Shown here one piece after another: positions 17,767 to 20,000 of a stretch of 20,000 nt of DNA. The first letter of the stretch is position 1; every line of letters begins with the position of its first letter. The notes beneath the pieces are model-generated. The model searched no databases, was not told the DNA's origin, and saw only the letters and a program-made list of their open reading frames with translations. This stretch comes from an uncultured Methanosarcinales archaeon (GTDB lineage: Archaea > Nanobdellota > Nanobdellia > Woesearchaeales > CAYMBN01), in assembly GCA_964388715.1 (NCBI GenBank), contig CAYMBN010000001.1:248759-268758 (forward strand). Direction: 5' to 3'. The position numbers and the translations under genes were made by a program.

Positions 17767-20000
17767 TTAGGCTACACCTACACTTTCTTGTAATGTTATT
17801 TGATCATTTTGGTTTCCAACTTTTACTGTGACATTTGCGTTAGCTGTTGGTGTCATGTTCCATGTTAACCATACAAAGCCATTGTCCATGTCTGTTGTTT
17901 GGTCTGCTGCTTGGTTTAGTGTTAAACCTGCAGTTGTTTCAATTGTTACAGGAATATCATAATAAGTTCCACTAATCTTGATTAATTGTGCCCATAAGTC
18001 AAATGGTTCTCCACTTGTTCTTGCTTCTTGACTTTGTGCCCAGATATCTGAGATTTGTATGAAATTATCGTCTTGGAAAGACCATACTCTTTGATTATTA
18101 AGTGTTTTTGAGTTGTCTGCTGTGTTTGTTTCAAGGTTTACTTTTGGTACTGATACTTCTACATCTTTGTAACCTTTTTCACTTGCATTCCAGTTAAATG
18201 TTATTTCTTTTGTTTCATCTACTGCTAATGAAACTGATTGTGAAGATTTTTCTACACCATTAACTTTTAGTTTAATGGTTACAGTATTTTCTCCTAAATT
18301 ACCATTGTTTGTAATATTAGCTTTAACTTCAACTTGATCATATTTGTAGATTGTTTGTTTGTTGTGTGAAATTGAGTCTACGCTAATGTCATGTACTTCT
18401 GCATCAACATTGTTTTGTACAATAAATTCAACTGTTTTTGTGTCTTCTAAATCACCATCGTTTGCAGTGATATCAACATTGTATGTTCCGTTTTGTGTTA
18501 ATGATGGTGTGAATGAAATTAAACCTGTGTTAGTGTTAATAGTCATGTTTTCAGGTTCATTTGTTAATGAATATATGAATGAAGTGTTGTCAATATCTGT
18601 TACTTCTTGACTTACATCATAAGTGTAAGCAATTGTTTCAACAAGATATTGTGTTATAATTTGTTCAAGTACTGGTGCGTCGTTAACAGGTTCAACTGTT
18701 ATGTTTACTGTGATAGTGTTTGAGTATTCATTATTATCAAAAGCTCTTACACTACATGTTGCTAAACCATTGAAGTCAAGAGCTGGAGTCATTGTTAAGT
18801 TGTTTCCATCAATACCACAATCAACTTCTGCTGTGTTTTCATTTGCAATTACAAAAGTTAATGTATCTAGGTCAATGTCAGTTGCTTTATCTGAAATGTC
18901 AACTGTTTTGAATGTTTCTTCATCAGTTGTTTGATTATCAATCTGTGTCATGACAGGTGCGTCGTTTATTGGATTAAGTGTGATTGTTACATCTTGTTGT
19001 GCTGTTAGTGCACCACTGTCTGTTAAAGTGAATGTTGCAGTTGTTGAACCTTGTGCATCTGCAACTGGTGTGAATGTAAAAATGTCATTATCTTCATCTG
19101 TTAATACAATGTTTACTAATGATGTGTTAAATCCTGAAACTCCCCAATCAAGATTTGTTGTTGAATCTTCTTCATCTGATTCATAATCTGTTAAAGTAAG
19201 GTTCCATGCGTCTGCATCTTCATCTTTTTCTTGCGCAGGGATTGTTCCATCTATTGAAGGTTGATCATTTACAAAAGTAACATTAACTTCTAAACTGTCT
19301 GTATCATTGTTTCCGTAAGGATCAATAACTTTTAAGTTAACAGTGTAAATATCATCAAGAGTGTATGTGTGATTAGCATTAACTCCTTGTGCATCATTAT
19401 AATCAACACCATCTGAACTATCAAAGTCCCATAGATATGTTAGTGCTGAGAAATCTGTTGAATCTGATGCGTCAAAAGAAACTACTGTATCTTCTGCAAC
19501 TGTTTGGTCTTCACCTGCGTCTGGAGTTGGAGCTGTTGTGTCTTGAATTACAAGTTGTCCATTTACAAATGTAATATTATAATTGTCTGAGGTTAAGCTT
19601 TGCGGTGTGATTGTATAATTTCCTACTTCTGTTGCACTTTGGCTTGTACCTGTGTATGATAATGTTCCTGTAAGATCATTTTCGTCTTCGCTTCCTACAA
19701 AACCATTGTATGTTACATCATTTCCACCACTATAACCTGTTTGATCATATTCTTTAGTATCATTGTTTGCTGTGATTGTTAAATCTTTAAGTGTGATATT
19801 TGCAACAGCTGTTTCTGATGTTGTTACAAGGTTATAATTATTTTGATCTGCACCGCCGTTGATTGTTACACTTGTGAAGTCAACATTTTTGTCTGTGCCG
19901 ACGTTTTTATCTTCAAATGCTACGTTGTATGAGAATGTTAATTCATCGCTTCCAAGTCTGTCATCGTCAAAATCATCACCTGTGACATCAGTTGTAGCGT
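17767..20000 (-). CDS. Large modular adhesin-like protein, 5' end outside window: YDG, MBG, PKD, 3 cadherin/Ig-like repeats, CARDB
   Basis: The frame of ORF 17767..18951 stays open to the window edge (manually translated, at least 743 aa): FEDKNVGTDKNV...ADQNNYNL (YDG); LTITANNDTKEYDQTGYSGGNDVTYNGFV...NYNITFVNGQLVI (MBG); DAGEDQT...FDASDS...YLWDFD (PKD); VNDQP/INDAP/VNDAP linkers. Confidence 0.88.
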   Translation of the reverse strand, partial: ATTDVTGDDFDDDRLGSDELTFSYNVAFEDKNVGTDKNVDFTSVTINGGADQNNYNLVTTSETAVANITLKDLTITANNDTKEYDQTGYSGGNDVTYNGFVGSEDENDLTGTLSYTGTSQSATEVGNYTITPQSLTSDNYNITFVNGQLVIQDTTAPTPDAGEDQTVAEDTVVSFDASDSTDFSALTYLWDFDSSDGVDYNDAQGVNANHTYTLDDIYTVNLKVIDPYGNNDTDSLEVNVTFVNDQPSIDGTIPAQEKDEDADAWNLTLTDYESDEEDSTTNLDWGVSGFNTSLVNIVLTDEDNDIFTFTPVADAQGSTTATFTLTDSGALTAQQDVTITLNPINDAPVMTQIDNQTTDEETFKTVDISDKATDIDLDTLTFVIANENTAEVDCGIDGNNLTMTPALDFNGLATCSVRAFDNNEYSNTITVNITVEPVNDAPVLEQIITQYLVETIAYTYDVSQEVTDIDNTSFIYSLTNEPENMTINTNTGLISFTPSLTQNGTYNVDITANDGDLEDTKTVEFIVQNNVDAEVHDISVDSISHNKQTIYKYDQVEVKANITNNGNLGENTVTIKLKVNGVEKSSQSVSLAVDETKEITFNWNASEKGYKDVEVSVPKVNLETNTADNSKTLNNQRVWSFQDDNFIQISDIWAQSQEARTSGEPFDLWAQLIKISGTYYDIPVTIETTAGLTLNQAADQTTDMDNGFVWLTWNMTPTANANVTVKVGNQNDQITLQESVGVA

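Overview
AT-rich archaeal chromosomal segment, most consistent with a DPANN lineage (Woesearchaeota/Pacearchaeota-like; inferred from gene content, compactness and TATA/leaderless architecture). Housekeeping genes: proteasome beta subunit psmB next to aCPSF1/FttA, the DNA repair gene nreA, RNase P protein Rpp21, HIT, MazG, a SAM methyltransferase and a two-component pair. It also holds several lipobox/surface proteins, a tandem pair of unknown paralogs, and the 3' end of a large mosaic adhesin (YDG-MBG-PKD-cadherin-like-CARDB). The main signal missed by the ORF track is four tRNA genes, Val(GAC), Thr(GGT), Leu(TAA) and Met(CAT), all interrupted. Together they carry 7 bulge-helix-bulge (BHB) introns, 4 at non-canonical sites. 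tRNA-Thr has an 8-nt internal exon, competing splice folds and non-standard elbow nucleotides (A18, G55, G58). The tRNA-Met intron carries a box C/D (K-turn)-like motif and a copy of its own anticodon arm. All calls come from manual reading; no searches were run.
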